NCBI GenBank assembly: GCA_037387345.1
Contig: JARRLD010000022.1
Span: 1 to 59,847 of the forward strand
DNA length: 59,847 nucleotides
Source of the DNA: Gemmatimonadota bacterium
Lineage (GTDB): Bacteria > Gemmatimonadota > Gemmatimonadetes > Longimicrobiales > Gaopeijiaceae
Direction: 5' to 3'
In this document: one piece after another, positions 45,986-55,307 of the stretch
Layout: every line of letters begins with the position of its first letter
Position numbering within the stretch: position 1 is the first letter of the stretch
Translations under genes and position numbers: made by a program
Notes under the pieces: model-generated
Seen by the model: the letters and a program-made list of their open reading frames with translations, nothing else
The model's database searches: none
Told to the model about the DNA's origin: nothing

Positions 45986-46441
45986 TCAGGGGTCAAGGGT
46001 GGCGACGTCGCCGGTTCCACCGAACCCCAGGGCGGCCTGGACCTCGGCGGGCACCCGCATGGGCCGACCGGACGGATCGACCCACACGGCGGTGACGAGC
46101 GCCCGGGCGATACCGACCTCCGGCTCGTCTGCCCGAGCGATATCCTGTTCGATCAGCAGGGTGGACCGTTTCCGGGAACGGGCCCAGGTGCGGATGCGCA
46201 GACGGTCGCCCAGCCGGGCCTGATGCAGATAGTCGATCTCGAGGCGAACCACGTACACCCCCCAGCCGCGGCGGATCATCTCCTCGTACGGGAACCCGCC
46301 CTGCCTCAACGCATCGTAGCGGGCGTACTCCAGATAGTTGAGGAAGATGGAGTGGTTGACGTGGTCGAAGGCGTCCAGCTCGTAGCTGCGGACCTCGACG
46401 GTGGTTTCGCTGACACGGACGTCGACGACAGGCTCCGGCAT
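45986..46441 (-). CDS. acyl-CoA thioesterase, YbgC/4HBT hotdog family
   Basis: ATG 46441: MPEPVVDVRVSETTVEVRSYELDAFDHVNHSIFLNYLEYARYDALRQ. The track start is TTG at 46477. Confidence 0.85.
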   Translation of the reverse strand: MPEPVVDVRVSETTVEVRSYELDAFDHVNHSIFLNYLEYARYDALRQGGFPYEEMIRRGWGVYVVRLEIDYLHQARLGDRLRIRTWARSRKRSTLLIEQDIARADEPEVGIARALVTAVWVDPSGRPMRVPAEVQAALGFGGTGDVATLDP

Positions 46442-46514
46442 GGAGTGAATAGACGGCGCCCTGCGCCTGGTGAGCAAGGCCGACGCCGCCGGAGCGCCGA
46501 CCGTATTCCGGGGC

Positions 46515-49500
46515 TCAGGGCTCGAGGTCCGGCCGATCCTCCATCAGGCCCTGGTCCCGGACCAGGTCGCCCAGCTGGATTCGTGAGCTCACATCCAGCT
46601 TCCGGAAGATGCTCGAGAGGTGGGTGCTCACCGTTCGAGGGGAGATTCCCATCTCCTTGCCGACGGCCTTGTTCGACAGACGGTGCGCCACGAGGCGGGC
46701 GACCTTGAGCTCCTTGGGCGTGAGGCCGAGCATCCCCTTCCCCCGGGGCGGAGGCCGTACGTCGAGCTCCCTCAGCTGCTTGCGGGTCTTCTCCAGCTCG
46801 ATCTCCGCGCCGAGCTTGGCGAAAACGTCGTGGATGTGGAGGAGCTCGGCCACGGCCTCCTCTTTCCTGTCGATGTCACGGAGGCGAGCGGCCAGCTGGC
46901 GACGGATGCGCACGGCGTAGGGGATCATGGGGATCTCCTCCAGCTTCTCCGCGGCCTGCATCATGCCCTGCGCGCCGCCTTCCGGATCCCCCCGCTTCCA
47001 CCGGACCAGCGCGTCGCAGGCGTCGGCCCAGGCCATGCCCAGCTTGTGATCCATCTTCTCGGCGTAGTCCCTGAGGCGGCGCCCCGCCGCTTCCGCCTCG
47101 TCGATCCGCTCGGCCCACAGCCAGGCCTCGGCGAGGATGGGGAGGAGCCGGTGCACCACGAGGAGATGGTACTCGGTGCCCTCGGCGATCTCGAGGGCCT
47201 GTCGGGCGGCGTCCGCTGCCTCCTCGTACTTGCCGACGGCCACCAGGTAGTGGGCCAGAGCGGTGAGAGCCGGGATGGTCCGGTAGACGGGACCCGGGCC
47301 CTCGGCATCGTCCTTCCTGGCGATCTCACACGCCTCGTCCACCAGGAGCTTCGCCCGGTCGAACTCGGCCCGTCCCAGGTAGAACTGGGAGGTAGCGGCC
47401 AGGAGCAGGGGCAGCAGGCTCTTCTGGTTGAGGTTGCGGGCCAGGGCGACGCTCTGCTCGCCCAGGGCGATGCCCTCGTCCCAATTGCCGGCGGCGTACG
47501 CGTGCTCGATGGACATCGTGGCGGTCCAGAGCCTCAGCACGGGGGAGCGGAGGCGATCCGCGAGAATCATGAGCTCGTCGAGCCCGTCTGCCATGCGCTG
47601 CGCGTCACCCCTCATCCCCCAGAGGACGGCCAGACCCCACCGGGCCCAGAACTCGGTCCGCAGGTCGGTGGCCTGTTGCGACAGCTCGATGGCCTTGGAG
47701 GCGTGCTCCTCGGCCGTGGCGGGAGGGCCGGTCCACACGTGGAGCAACGCCAGGGACCGCCGGACCCGCCCCAACAGCCTGGCATCGCCCAGCATCTCGG
47801 CCTCGGGCAGCGTACCGGTGACCTCCTCCAGGGCCTCCTTCGCCCGCCCCATCTCCTGGAGGCAGTGGAAGCGTGCGAGGCGAAGCCGGACCCGGGTGGC
47901 CCGGTCCCCCGCTTCCTCGGCGGACTCGAGGCCACGGTCCAGGATCTGGAAGGCCTCGTCCCGGCGTCCACACCAGAAGGAGGTCAGGCCGTGCATCCGA
48001 CACAGGCTGGCGTGGGCGCCCGTGCCGGGCTCGGCGCTCGCCACCGCCTGCTCCGAGAGCTTCCTGGCGGTCTCGTATTCTCCGAGACGCAGGTAGCACC
48101 GTGCCAGGTCGGCAGTGAGGGCTCTCCGTATCCCTTCGTAGCCATCCCCGGGGGATCCGGTGACGCGCTCGAGAGCAGCCTGCAGGTACCCGACGGCCTC
48201 CCGGTCGGCGTGACGTTCCAGGGCCGCGCGACCCGCCGCGGTCAGATACGTCACGGCTTTCACGGAGAGGCGGGCCGCGTCGGTCCGGGCGAAGTGGTAC
48301 GCCAGCTGGTCGGCATGCTGGACGGCCGCCTCGCCCCAGTACGCCTCCATGGCCTCGGCCACGGCTCCATGGAGCAGCCGGCTGCGCTGTAGCCCCAGCT
48401 CCCGGTAGAGCACCTCCCGCATCACCGGATACCGGTAGTCGTACAGCACCCTGCCCCCCTCCACCTGCTCCACGAGGACGCCGTTCGCCACGAGCTCCTC
48501 CAGGGCAGCGAGAAGCTCCGGCTCCTCGAGGCCGCTGATGGATACCAGAAGCGGATAGGCCGCCCTCGAGCCCATCACCGTAACCAGTTCGGCCACGGCC
48601 TGAACGTCACTGCTGAATCGTGCCACCCGCGTGACCACGGCGTCACGGACGGAGCCGGGCAAGGCGAAGTCGCGGGCGTCCCAGCCCACCCAGGTGCCCT
48701 TGTGGCTGGACAGGGCACCGGTCGCGACCAGGGATTTGAGGGTCTCGCCGACGAAGAACGGGTTGCCGCGGGTCCACCCGAACAGCATGGCCGAGAACTC
48801 GCGAACCATGTCCGATGCCACGGTAAAGACCCGACACACCAGCTCGGTCACCTGTTCCCGGGTCAGCGCATCGAGGCTGATGGCGTGGACGACCCCGAGG
48901 GAGATGAGCGATCGCTCGGCCCTCACCAGTCGGGGGCTTCGATCCCGCTCGACGACGTCGTAGGTGCACAGGAGGAGCACCGGGTGCTCGGTGAGCTGCC
49001 GGGCCAGGAAATGGATGAGCTCGAGCGACGACGCGTCGGCCCAATGGAGGTCATCGAGGCAGACCAGGAGGGGTGAGCGGGAGGCGTAGCTCTTCAGGAA
49101 CTCGGCGAAGGTCCAGTAGAGGCGCGTCCGGAACTCCTCGGGATTGGCTCCCTCCGGGTCCTGGGCCGGATCGCGGTGGGGCCCCAGAGCAGGGAAGAGG
49201 TACTCCAGGTCGCGTTCCCCTCCACGGCTGAGGACCGCCAGCGTGTCGGCGTCCATCGCGTCCAACAGCGGCTGGAACGCGTCGGAGAACAGGGCGTAGG
49301 GGACGCCCTGCTCCATCGGATAGGCCCGGCCCCGGGCCACGGTCCAGCCCCGGCGTTCGGCGCGGGCGGCCAGCTCCCTGGCCAGGCGCGTCTTGCCCGA
49401 GCCCCGCTCGCCCGAGATCAGGGCAAGGGACACGGGATGCCCGGGGTGGAGCAGCCCCTCCAGCTCCGCCAGCTCCGCCGTCCTGCCGACGAGAGGATAG

Positions 49501-49559
49501 GGGCCTTGGAGAGGGTCCACCGGACCAGAGGCTGCAGGCTTGCGTGTGGCCGACATCAT
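46515..49559 (-). CDS. large LuxR-family regulator: AAA/STAND ATPase, TPR-like repeats, C-terminal LuxR HTH
   Basis: ATG 49559. LVGRTAELAELEGLL...LISGERGSGKTRLA (P-loop) ...LVCLDDLHWAD (Walker B), about 500 aa of helical repeats, then LTPKELKVARLVAHRLSNKAVGKEMGISPRTVSTHLSSIFRKLDV. Confidence 0.85.
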   Translation of the reverse strand: MMSATRKPAASGPVDPLQGPYPLVGRTAELAELEGLLHPGHPVSLALISGERGSGKTRLARELAARAERRGWTVARGRAYPMEQGVPYALFSDAFQPLLDAMDADTLAVLSRGGERDLEYLFPALGPHRDPAQDPEGANPEEFRTRLYWTFAEFLKSYASRSPLLVCLDDLHWADASSLELIHFLARQLTEHPVLLLCTYDVVERDRSPRLVRAERSLISLGVVHAISLDALTREQVTELVCRVFTVASDMVREFSAMLFGWTRGNPFFVGETLKSLVATGALSSHKGTWVGWDARDFALPGSVRDAVVTRVARFSSDVQAVAELVTVMGSRAAYPLLVSISGLEEPELLAALEELVANGVLVEQVEGGRVLYDYRYPVMREVLYRELGLQRSRLLHGAVAEAMEAYWGEAAVQHADQLAYHFARTDAARLSVKAVTYLTAAGRAALERHADREAVGYLQAALERVTGSPGDGYEGIRRALTADLARCYLRLGEYETARKLSEQAVASAEPGTGAHASLCRMHGLTSFWCGRRDEAFQILDRGLESAEEAGDRATRVRLRLARFHCLQEMGRAKEALEEVTGTLPEAEMLGDARLLGRVRRSLALLHVWTGPPATAEEHASKAIELSQQATDLRTEFWARWGLAVLWGMRGDAQRMADGLDELMILADRLRSPVLRLWTATMSIEHAYAAGNWDEGIALGEQSVALARNLNQKSLLPLLLAATSQFYLGRAEFDRAKLLVDEACEIARKDDAEGPGPVYRTIPALTALAHYLVAVGKYEEAADAARQALEIAEGTEYHLLVVHRLLPILAEAWLWAERIDEAEAAGRRLRDYAEKMDHKLGMAWADACDALVRWKRGDPEGGAQGMMQAAEKLEEIPMIPYAVRIRRQLAARLRDIDRKEEAVAELLHIHDVFAKLGAEIELEKTRKQLRELDVRPPPRGKGMLGLTPKELKVARLVAHRLSNKAVGKEMGISPRTVSTHLSSIFRKLDVSSRIQLGDLVRDQGLMEDRPDLEP

Positions 49560-49904
49560 CACCGTCCGGGTGATGGGAGTGCTCCGGTGAGATCCCCAAG
49601 CTATGGTTCCAATGGACCTTACGACAGGATGTACGGAAGCGGCATCCCGCCTGGAGCCCTCCTTCGGGGAGCGGCGCGGCACCCTTGGGAGGTCCATGTC
49701 CCGGGAGGGGGCGTCGGGGCCGATACTCATCAAGCGTCTCCTGAGATGGCGATCGGAGGTATCGACATCCAAGATCTGCCGACCTCGACGGCCGGGCCCT
49801 ACGGCAGAGTACGTACCCGACCCCCGGCAGTGACGTAGACTGGCGGGCCAGGCCAGGCGACCGCGCGGAGAGATCGAGGTCCTACGTGGTGGTCCGACTG
49901 ATAG

Positions 49905-50621
49905 TTAGACGGCCTCCGCCACGTTGCCGAACCGCCGCTGTCGCCCGTGGAAGGTCCGAACCGCCATGGCCAGGTCGGCCGGGGTGAAGTCCGGCCACAT
50001 CCTGGGCGTGAAGAAGAGCTCCGCGTAGGCGCACTCCCACAGCAGGAAGTCGCTGAGGCGCTGCTCGCCACCGGTACGGACCAACAGGTCGACGTCGATG
50101 GCCGGTCCCCCGCCATGGACCACCGTGCCCAGGGCGTCGGCGAGCTTTTCCCGGCCGGCTCCGGTCGTGTTGCACAGGCGTGCGGCCGCGGTCAGCGCTT
50201 CCCGGGCGGAGTAGTCCACGGCGAGCCGCAGAAGGAGTCGGCGGCCCCCGGCGGTGGCCGCCTCCGAGCGCTCGATGGTCTGGAGCAGCGTTGGGGCGAG
50301 GCGATCCCTGCGCCCCAGGATCTGGAGTCGGACGTCCTTCTCCGCCAGGGCGCCGGTCTCGGACCGCAGGTACCGGCGGAAGAGGCTCATGAGGCTGTCG
50401 ACCTCTCTTCGTGGCCGACGCCAGTTGTCCGACGAGAACGCGTAGAGGGTCAGGACGCCTATGCCCAGGTCGGGCGCGGCTTCCACGACGGGTCGCACGG
50501 CCCGAGCACCGGCCCGGTGGCCCCACTCCCGGGGCCGCCCTCGTGCCATGGCCCAGCGGCCGTTGCCGTCCATGATGAGGCCCGCGTGTAGGCCAGGCGG
50601 ATGTGGTGGAGCACTTTGCAT
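49905..50621 (-). CDS. uppS: isoprenyl transferase (undecaprenyl diphosphate synthase)
   Basis: [13 protein letters not shown]...[14 protein letters not shown]...[30 protein letters not shown] 50621 preceded by GGAGGTG. Confidence 0.93.
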   Translation of the reverse strand: MQSAPPHPPGLHAGLIMDGNGRWAMARGRPREWGHRAGARAVRPVVEAAPDLGIGVLTLYAFSSDNWRRPRREVDSLMSLFRRYLRSETGALAEKDVRLQILGRRDRLAPTLLQTIERSEAATAGGRRLLLRLAVDYSAREALTAAARLCNTTGAGREKLADALGTVVHGGGPAIDVDLLVRTGGEQRLSDFLLWECAYAELFFTPRMWPDFTPADLAMAVRTFHGRQRRFGNVAEAV

Positions 50622-50657
50622 CACAGAGTCACCTCCGAAAAAAATAGAGCTGCCATT

Positions 50658-51059
50658 CTAATCCTTGTCTCCCTCCCGCGTCGTCCTGATGATCGCCTCC
50701 ATGTGCTCGAGATACGCGGCCAGGGCCCGGCGCCCCGTGTCGGTAAGCGCGTACTCCGTCTTCGGCGTTCGCCCTTCGAAGGACTTCTCGCAGAGGACGT
50801 AGCCGGCATCCTCGAGCTTGCGGGCGTGGGCGCTGAGGTTGCCGTCGGTGGTTCCCAGGAGATCCCGAAGCTCGGTGAACGGGAGGGTGCCATTCACCGC
50901 CAGGGCGCTGACGATTCCGAGGCGCACGCGCTCGTGGATGAGTCGATCCAGGTCGAGAGGCCCCTGGTCGAGGCCGTGCCCAGGTACCGACCCCAGGGTC
51001 GGTCGACTCCCGGACCGGGGTCCGCCAGGTCGGGGCGCGGGCTCCCGCTCAGCCCCCAT
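50658..51059 (-). CDS. winged-helix transcriptional regulator (ArsR/MarR-like, HTH_34-type)
   Basis: ATG 51059. LIHERVRLGIVSALAVNGTLPFTELRDLLGTTDGNLSAHARKLEDAGYVLCEKSFEGRTPKTEYALTDTGRRAL. Overlaps the upstream membrane-protein gene by 11 nt. Confidence 0.75.
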   Translation of the reverse strand: MGAEREPAPRPGGPRSGSRPTLGSVPGHGLDQGPLDLDRLIHERVRLGIVSALAVNGTLPFTELRDLLGTTDGNLSAHARKLEDAGYVLCEKSFEGRTPKTEYALTDTGRRALAAYLEHMEAIIRTTREGDKD

Positions 51060-51666
51060 ATCTCCTCCAGATGACGCCACCGAACGCCAGGTGCAGGCCG
51101 CCGAAGCCGAGGGCCATGAGCCCGTCACCCCAGGAGGCCGGCGCGAACAGGGCCACGGCGCCCAGGGTCATGAAGAGCGATCCCATCAGGGGGACCACGC
51201 GAACCGAAAACGCGCCTCCGGTGACGACGCCGGTCCCGTACATCAGCAGCCAGGTTCCGGGCAGCAGCTCGGTCAGGCCCTCCCGGAGGAAGGCGAGGGT
51301 GAGGAGTCCGCCGACCAGCAACGGCGGGCTCACGTTCCAGGCGAATTTCGTTCCCGCACCTGCGAGGAGCGTGGTTCCTGCGGCCCGTGCCTTGGAGCTC
51401 ATGGCCCAGAGGGCTACGGCCAGCGCCAGCGCCGCCGCACCCATCCAGACGGCCACCCAGCCGGACGGCGACGAGGGAACCTGGGCGCCCGCCGCGGCGA
51501 GCAGGGCCACGAGACCCATGACGATGCCCCCTCGACCGGATACGGCGGTGAAGGAGCCCGACCGCTCCATGGTCTCCCTGATGAAGCGGATGTCGTCCAG
51601 CGCCCGGTCGTGGAGAGCGAGCGGTGGCTGCGCCTTCCTGGGGGCCCTTGGCATGGACATGGACAT
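51049..51666 (-). CDS. hypothetical polytopic membrane protein, partner of the winged-helix regulator
   Basis: 205 aa with 5-6 hydrophobic helices (GIVMGLVALLAAAGA, WVAVWMGAAALALAVALWAM, PPLLVGGLLTLAFL...). ATG start. Confidence 0.6.
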   Translation of the reverse strand: MSMSMPRAPRKAQPPLALHDRALDDIRFIRETMERSGSFTAVSGRGGIVMGLVALLAAAGAQVPSSPSGWVAVWMGAAALALAVALWAMSSKARAAGTTLLAGAGTKFAWNVSPPLLVGGLLTLAFLREGLTELLPGTWLLMYGTGVVTGGAFSVRVVPLMGSLFMTLGAVALFAPASWGDGLMALGFGGLHLAFGGVIWRRYGG

Positions 51667-51756
51667 GCTCCCAGTCTGCCACGGTTATGCCGCGACGTCA
51701 AGTACTCTGTATACCAAAGTCCGTGCGACCTGAAGGAGTGGGGGCGTTGAGACGCC

Positions 51757-52755
51757 TCAGGCGGTGGGGGGTGGCGTGACGACGCGCAGGGCCTGCGGGA
51801 GGATTTGTGCCACGACGGTCGGGTCCTGCGCGTTCCGTATGTCACCGTCCATCTCGAACCGGGGCGGCCGGTCGAAGTCCAGGCGGAAGCGGGTGTCGGA
51901 CAACACCTCCACCCGGGGGTCCAGGACATGGCGTCCCCGCTGGGCCAGGTTGAACAGCCTAAGGCGGCCCAGTGGGGTCGCGTCACCGATACGACAGGCA
52001 TGGAGACAACCGTCGTCCATGCGGGCCTCGGGCGCGATGGGGAACCCCCCGCCGAAATATCGTCCGTTGGACACGGTGAGCATGAGGTGGGTCTCATCCC
52101 TCCTCGTCCCTTCGGATGTCTCGAGGCCGAAGCGGACCCCGGGGAACCGAAAGAGCTGCTGCAGAGCGGTCACCTTGTAGAGCAGCTCACCCCTCAAGAA
52201 GCGAGCGCGCGCCGCAGCATCGATCACGGCGATGTCGAAGCCGAACCCGATGAGGTTGATGAAGTGCCGTGCCTCGGACAGCTCGGGTCGGTGCTCGGAG
52301 GCGCTGGGCGTCTCCAGCCGGCCGACGTCGATGGCCCGGGTGTGCCCGGTCCGCAGGACGCGAACCGCCTCCCCTGGGTCGGACGGATCGAAGCCGAGGT
52401 TTCGCCCGAAGTCGTTCCCGGTGCCGTTGGGAAGGACGCCGAACACCACGTCCTCGCGGCCCGACGCCACCACGCGGTCGGCCACGTTGCTCCAGGTCCC
52501 GTCCCCGCCGACCGCCACCAGCAGCTCGTACCCGCCCGCCAGGGCCCGATCGGCAAGATCCCGCTCCTCACCCGCGAACGTGGTGATCCCGAAGCCGAAG
52601 CCCGGCAGCTCGTCGGCCAGCAGCGCCTGGTAGCTGGCCAAACGCCTGGCACCTCGGCCCCGCCCCGCGGCGGGGTTGAAGATGACGAACGTCTTTCGCG
52701 CCGCCTTCAGATGGACTCCAGGGGCTCGAACGTCTGCAGGCCCGCCTGATACCAC
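51757..52755 (-). CDS. diacylglycerol kinase catalytic-domain lipid kinase (YegS/BmrU family)
   Basis: FVIFNPAAGRGRG...LVAVGGDGTWSNVADR...LPNGTGNDFGRNLG...DGD. The only in-frame start is GTG 52755, which overlaps the upstream gene by 49 nt. Confidence 0.85.
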   Translation of the reverse strand: MVSGGPADVRAPGVHLKAARKTFVIFNPAAGRGRGARRLASYQALLADELPGFGFGITTFAGEERDLADRALAGGYELLVAVGGDGTWSNVADRVVASGREDVVFGVLPNGTGNDFGRNLGFDPSDPGEAVRVLRTGHTRAIDVGRLETPSASEHRPELSEARHFINLIGFGFDIAVIDAAARARFLRGELLYKVTALQQLFRFPGVRFGLETSEGTRRDETHLMLTVSNGRYFGGGFPIAPEARMDDGCLHACRIGDATPLGRLRLFNLAQRGRHVLDPRVEVLSDTRFRLDFDRPPRFEMDGDIRNAQDPTVVAQILPQALRVVTPPPTA

Positions 52756-53369
52756 TGCTCACGGAACGGATAGGTGGCGATGTCGTCGATGGTGAGACCC
52801 TCGGTCATGGCGTGCCGGTAGAGCGTGAGGGAGCCGTTCTCCTCCTCATGCTCCGAATGGGGGCCCTCCATGTAGATGTTCGCCTTGAACCGGGCATCCC
52901 CGTCCACGGTGAAGGCGCTGTACATGTTCTTGGACGGGCGGTACTCGTGCTGGGTGACCATGAGGTCCAGGATGGGGCCGTCCTCGTCGCGGACCCTCAC
53001 GTCCATGGTGTCCCCGTCCTCATCGAAGTCCATGGTCACGTCCTTCATGAGGTGGGGGAGGTGCCAGCGGTCGATGGCGTGGAGGCGTGCGGCCTCGGTG
53101 GATGTCGCCACCATGAATGGGTAGAACGCGGCTTTGGGGAGCGGCCTGTCCGGCTCCACCATCGGGGGAACGATGATGGCCATCACAAGCTCGTCATAGG
53201 CCCCAACCGTGCTTTCCGTGAACTGGAATGCCATGACGGAGAGAATGCTCCTCGTGTGCTGCATCTCCATGGGCTGGAGATGGCGGGGCAGCAGCCCGCG
53301 GGCATCGGCCGTAGGCATCTCGAAGAAGGCGCCGACGCAGTTCTGGAAGCCGTAGTAGGTGTACTCCAT
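52707..53369 (-). CDS. acetoacetate decarboxylase (ADC)-like family protein (tentative)
   Basis: 220 aa with good coding character. The layout Y...F....ADARGLLPRHLQPME...SVMAFQF...GAYDELVMAIIVPP...AIDRWHLPHLMKDV resembles ADC-like beta-cone proteins. The assignment comes from pattern memory only. Confidence 0.4.
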   Translation of the reverse strand: MEYTYYGFQNCVGAFFEMPTADARGLLPRHLQPMEMQHTRSILSVMAFQFTESTVGAYDELVMAIIVPPMVEPDRPLPKAAFYPFMVATSTEAARLHAIDRWHLPHLMKDVTMDFDEDGDTMDVRVRDEDGPILDLMVTQHEYRPSKNMYSAFTVDGDARFKANIYMEGPHSEHEEENGSLTLYRHAMTEGLTIDDIATYPFREQWYQAGLQTFEPLESI

Positions 53370-53378
53370 GTCCTCTCG

Positions 53379-54290
53379 ATGTCCTCTCTGGTTCTCTTCC
53401 GCAAGATCCGGCGGGGCGCGGGACCGCTTGATGCACCTCCGCTGATCCGATTACCCTACGCCGTCATTCCGAGCACCGGCCCGCCGGTGTCTCGACTCGT
53501 TCCTGAAACAGGCGCCCCCTTGTCGACGCTCCGAGGCTATCTGGCCCTCTTCCTTGTGCTCTCCGGCCTGCTGCTGTGCGACCCGGTCCAGCGGTTCGTC
53601 GTCGCACCGGCGGTCCGCCTCTTTCCCTCCCGCCGCGGGAGGATCCTCACCCGATGGCAGCAGGCCCTGGCGAGATTCATCCTGCGATGCTTTGCCAGCG
53701 TGGGCGGTGCGCACATCCCGAAGCTGCCCCGCCTTCCGGCCGACCCTGGCACCCTCGTCATCATGAACCACCAGTCGGTCCTCGACATCCCGCTGGTGGT
53801 CGCTTCGATGGACGGATCGTACCCTCTCATCGTTACGCGCCGGCGCTATTTTCGATGGATTCCGCTAATCTCGCACATGCTGCGGCTCTATCAATACCCG
53901 GAGGTGGACCCGACGGCAAACACCGCGAAGGCCAGGAAGATGTTGACGGATCTCAGCGTGGTGGCACGGGATGCCGCTCCACCGGTGGCCATCTTTCCCG
54001 AAGGCACGCGGACCCGGGACGGGGAGATCGGACGCTTCAAGACCCGGGGACTGAGGAAGATCCTCTCCCAACGCTCCTGGACGATCTGGGTCCTGGTGAC
54101 CGACGGGTTCTGGGAGCGGGCCAAGATGAAGCATTTCGTGGGCGGGATGGGTCGGATTGACGGCCGGATCGAGATGCTGGGGCCGTTCCGTTGGGAGGAG
54201 GCGGAGGCAGATCCGCGGGAGTTCATCGCCGGGATTCGGCAGCGGATGATCGAGGTGCTCGAGAAGATGCGGGCCGGTCTCCCGGCATGA
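53379..54290 (+). CDS. lysophospholipid (1-acyl-sn-glycerol-3-phosphate) acyltransferase, PlsC family
   Basis: Acyltransferase motif I (MNHQSVLD), motif III FPEGTRTRDGE, and an N-terminal TM (YLALFLVLSGLLL). The start is uncertain. ATG 53379 lies only 10 nt from the divergent gene; GTG 53487 is an alternative. Confidence 0.8.
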   Translation: MSSLVLFRKIRRGAGPLDAPPLIRLPYAVIPSTGPPVSRLVPETGAPLSTLRGYLALFLVLSGLLLCDPVQRFVVAPAVRLFPSRRGRILTRWQQALARFILRCFASVGGAHIPKLPRLPADPGTLVIMNHQSVLDIPLVVASMDGSYPLIVTRRRYFRWIPLISHMLRLYQYPEVDPTANTAKARKMLTDLSVVARDAAPPVAIFPEGTRTRDGEIGRFKTRGLRKILSQRSWTIWVLVTDGFWERAKMKHFVGGMGRIDGRIEMLGPFRWEEAEADPREFIAGIRQRMIEVLEKMRAGLPA

Positions 54291-55307
54291 GCGGGCCGCC
54301 GCGCCCGGTGCCCGGTACGGACCAAACGCCGGGCCTCGCCCTGGCCCGGGCGCTCACCGAGAGGGCCGGGCCTCGCCCTGGCCCGGGCGCTTACCGAGAG
54401 GCTGGTCGAAACCGCCCAGGGGTCGGTGGAGGCCGTGTTCCTGTACGGCTCGCATCTTCACGGAGCCAGGCCGGGCCGCCACAGCGCCCTGGACCTGGTC
54501 ATCGTGGTGGAGGACTACCGGAGGTTCTACGACGGGCTCTGCACCGCCGGGGAGATCCACCGCCCGGCGTGGCTTCTCGTCGCTCTCGCCCACGTCCTGC
54601 CTCCCAACGTCATCGCGTTCCAGACGGACGAGGCTGCCGGTGACGGAGCCTTGGCCAAGTGCCTCGTGGTGAGCCGGCGGCATCTGGAGCGGGCGCTGGC
54701 GGAGAAGCCTCCCGACCACTTCCTCTTGAGCCGGATGGTTCAGGAAGTGGGCCTGGTATGGGCGAAGGACGCGAACCGACGATCCTGGGTGATGGCGCGC
54801 ATCCAGCACGCCCGGGCCGGCGTGCTGGCCTGGGTGGGGCCCTTCCTTCCGGCCGTGTTCGACGCAGGCACCTTGGGCCGGACCATGATGGAGGTCTCCT
54901 ATCGGGCGGAGTTCCGCCCCGAGGCCGCCGACCGTTCGGAGGTCATCTTCGAGAGCCAGAAGAGACACTTCGAATCCCGATTCACGCCGATATTGAAGGA
55001 GGCGGCGTCCGCCGGAGTCCTCGAGCGCACGGACGGGGGGTACCGGTATACGGCGGGACGCAAGCCCAGGCGCGTCGCCTTCGGGCGCGGATACTTCGCT
55101 CGGTCGAAGGCCAGGGTCACCGCCCGGTGGCTCAAGCACGTGCTGACCTTCGACAAATGGCTTCCCTACATCGTTCGGAAGGTGGAACGGCGGACCGGGA
55201 CGACCATCGAGCTGACGCGCCTGGAGCGACGTTGGCCCGTCATCTTCCTCTGGCCCAGGGTGATCCGGGTGCTGCGCTACCGTCCGGACACGGAGGAGCC
55301 CTCTTGA
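54287..55307 (+). pseudogene. nucleotidyltransferase-fold protein, Tam41/Mmp37-like (putative CdsA-independent CDP-diacylglycerol synthase), 5-prime end disrupted by a 37-bp tandem duplication
   Basis: ATG 54287 overlaps the plsC-like stop (ATGA) and encodes MSGPPRPVPGTDQTPGLALARALTER. The second repeat copy then shifts the frame. The main ORF (track 54426-55307, GTG) reads VEAVFLYGSHLHGARPGRHSALDLVIVVED...ALAKCLVVSRRHLERALAEKPPDHFLLSRMVQEVGLVW.... Removing one repeat copy gives one continuous ORF. Confidence 0.5.
54328..54401 (+). repeat. perfect-register tandem duplication, 2 x 37 bp with one mismatch
   Basis: gccgggcctcgccctggcccgggcgctCaccgagagg occupies 54328-54364 and gccgggcctcgccctggcccgggcgctTaccgagagg occupies 54365-54401. 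37 is not a multiple of 3. The single C/T difference (54355 vs 54392) is synonymous (ctc vs ctt, Leu) in the respective coding frames. Confidence 0.95.

Noticed and set aside
46620-48392. 590-aa plus-strand ORF inside the LuxR/STAND regulator gene
   Set aside because: Antisense artefact. The minus-strand product has a P-loop, Walker B, helical repeats and a LuxR HTH.
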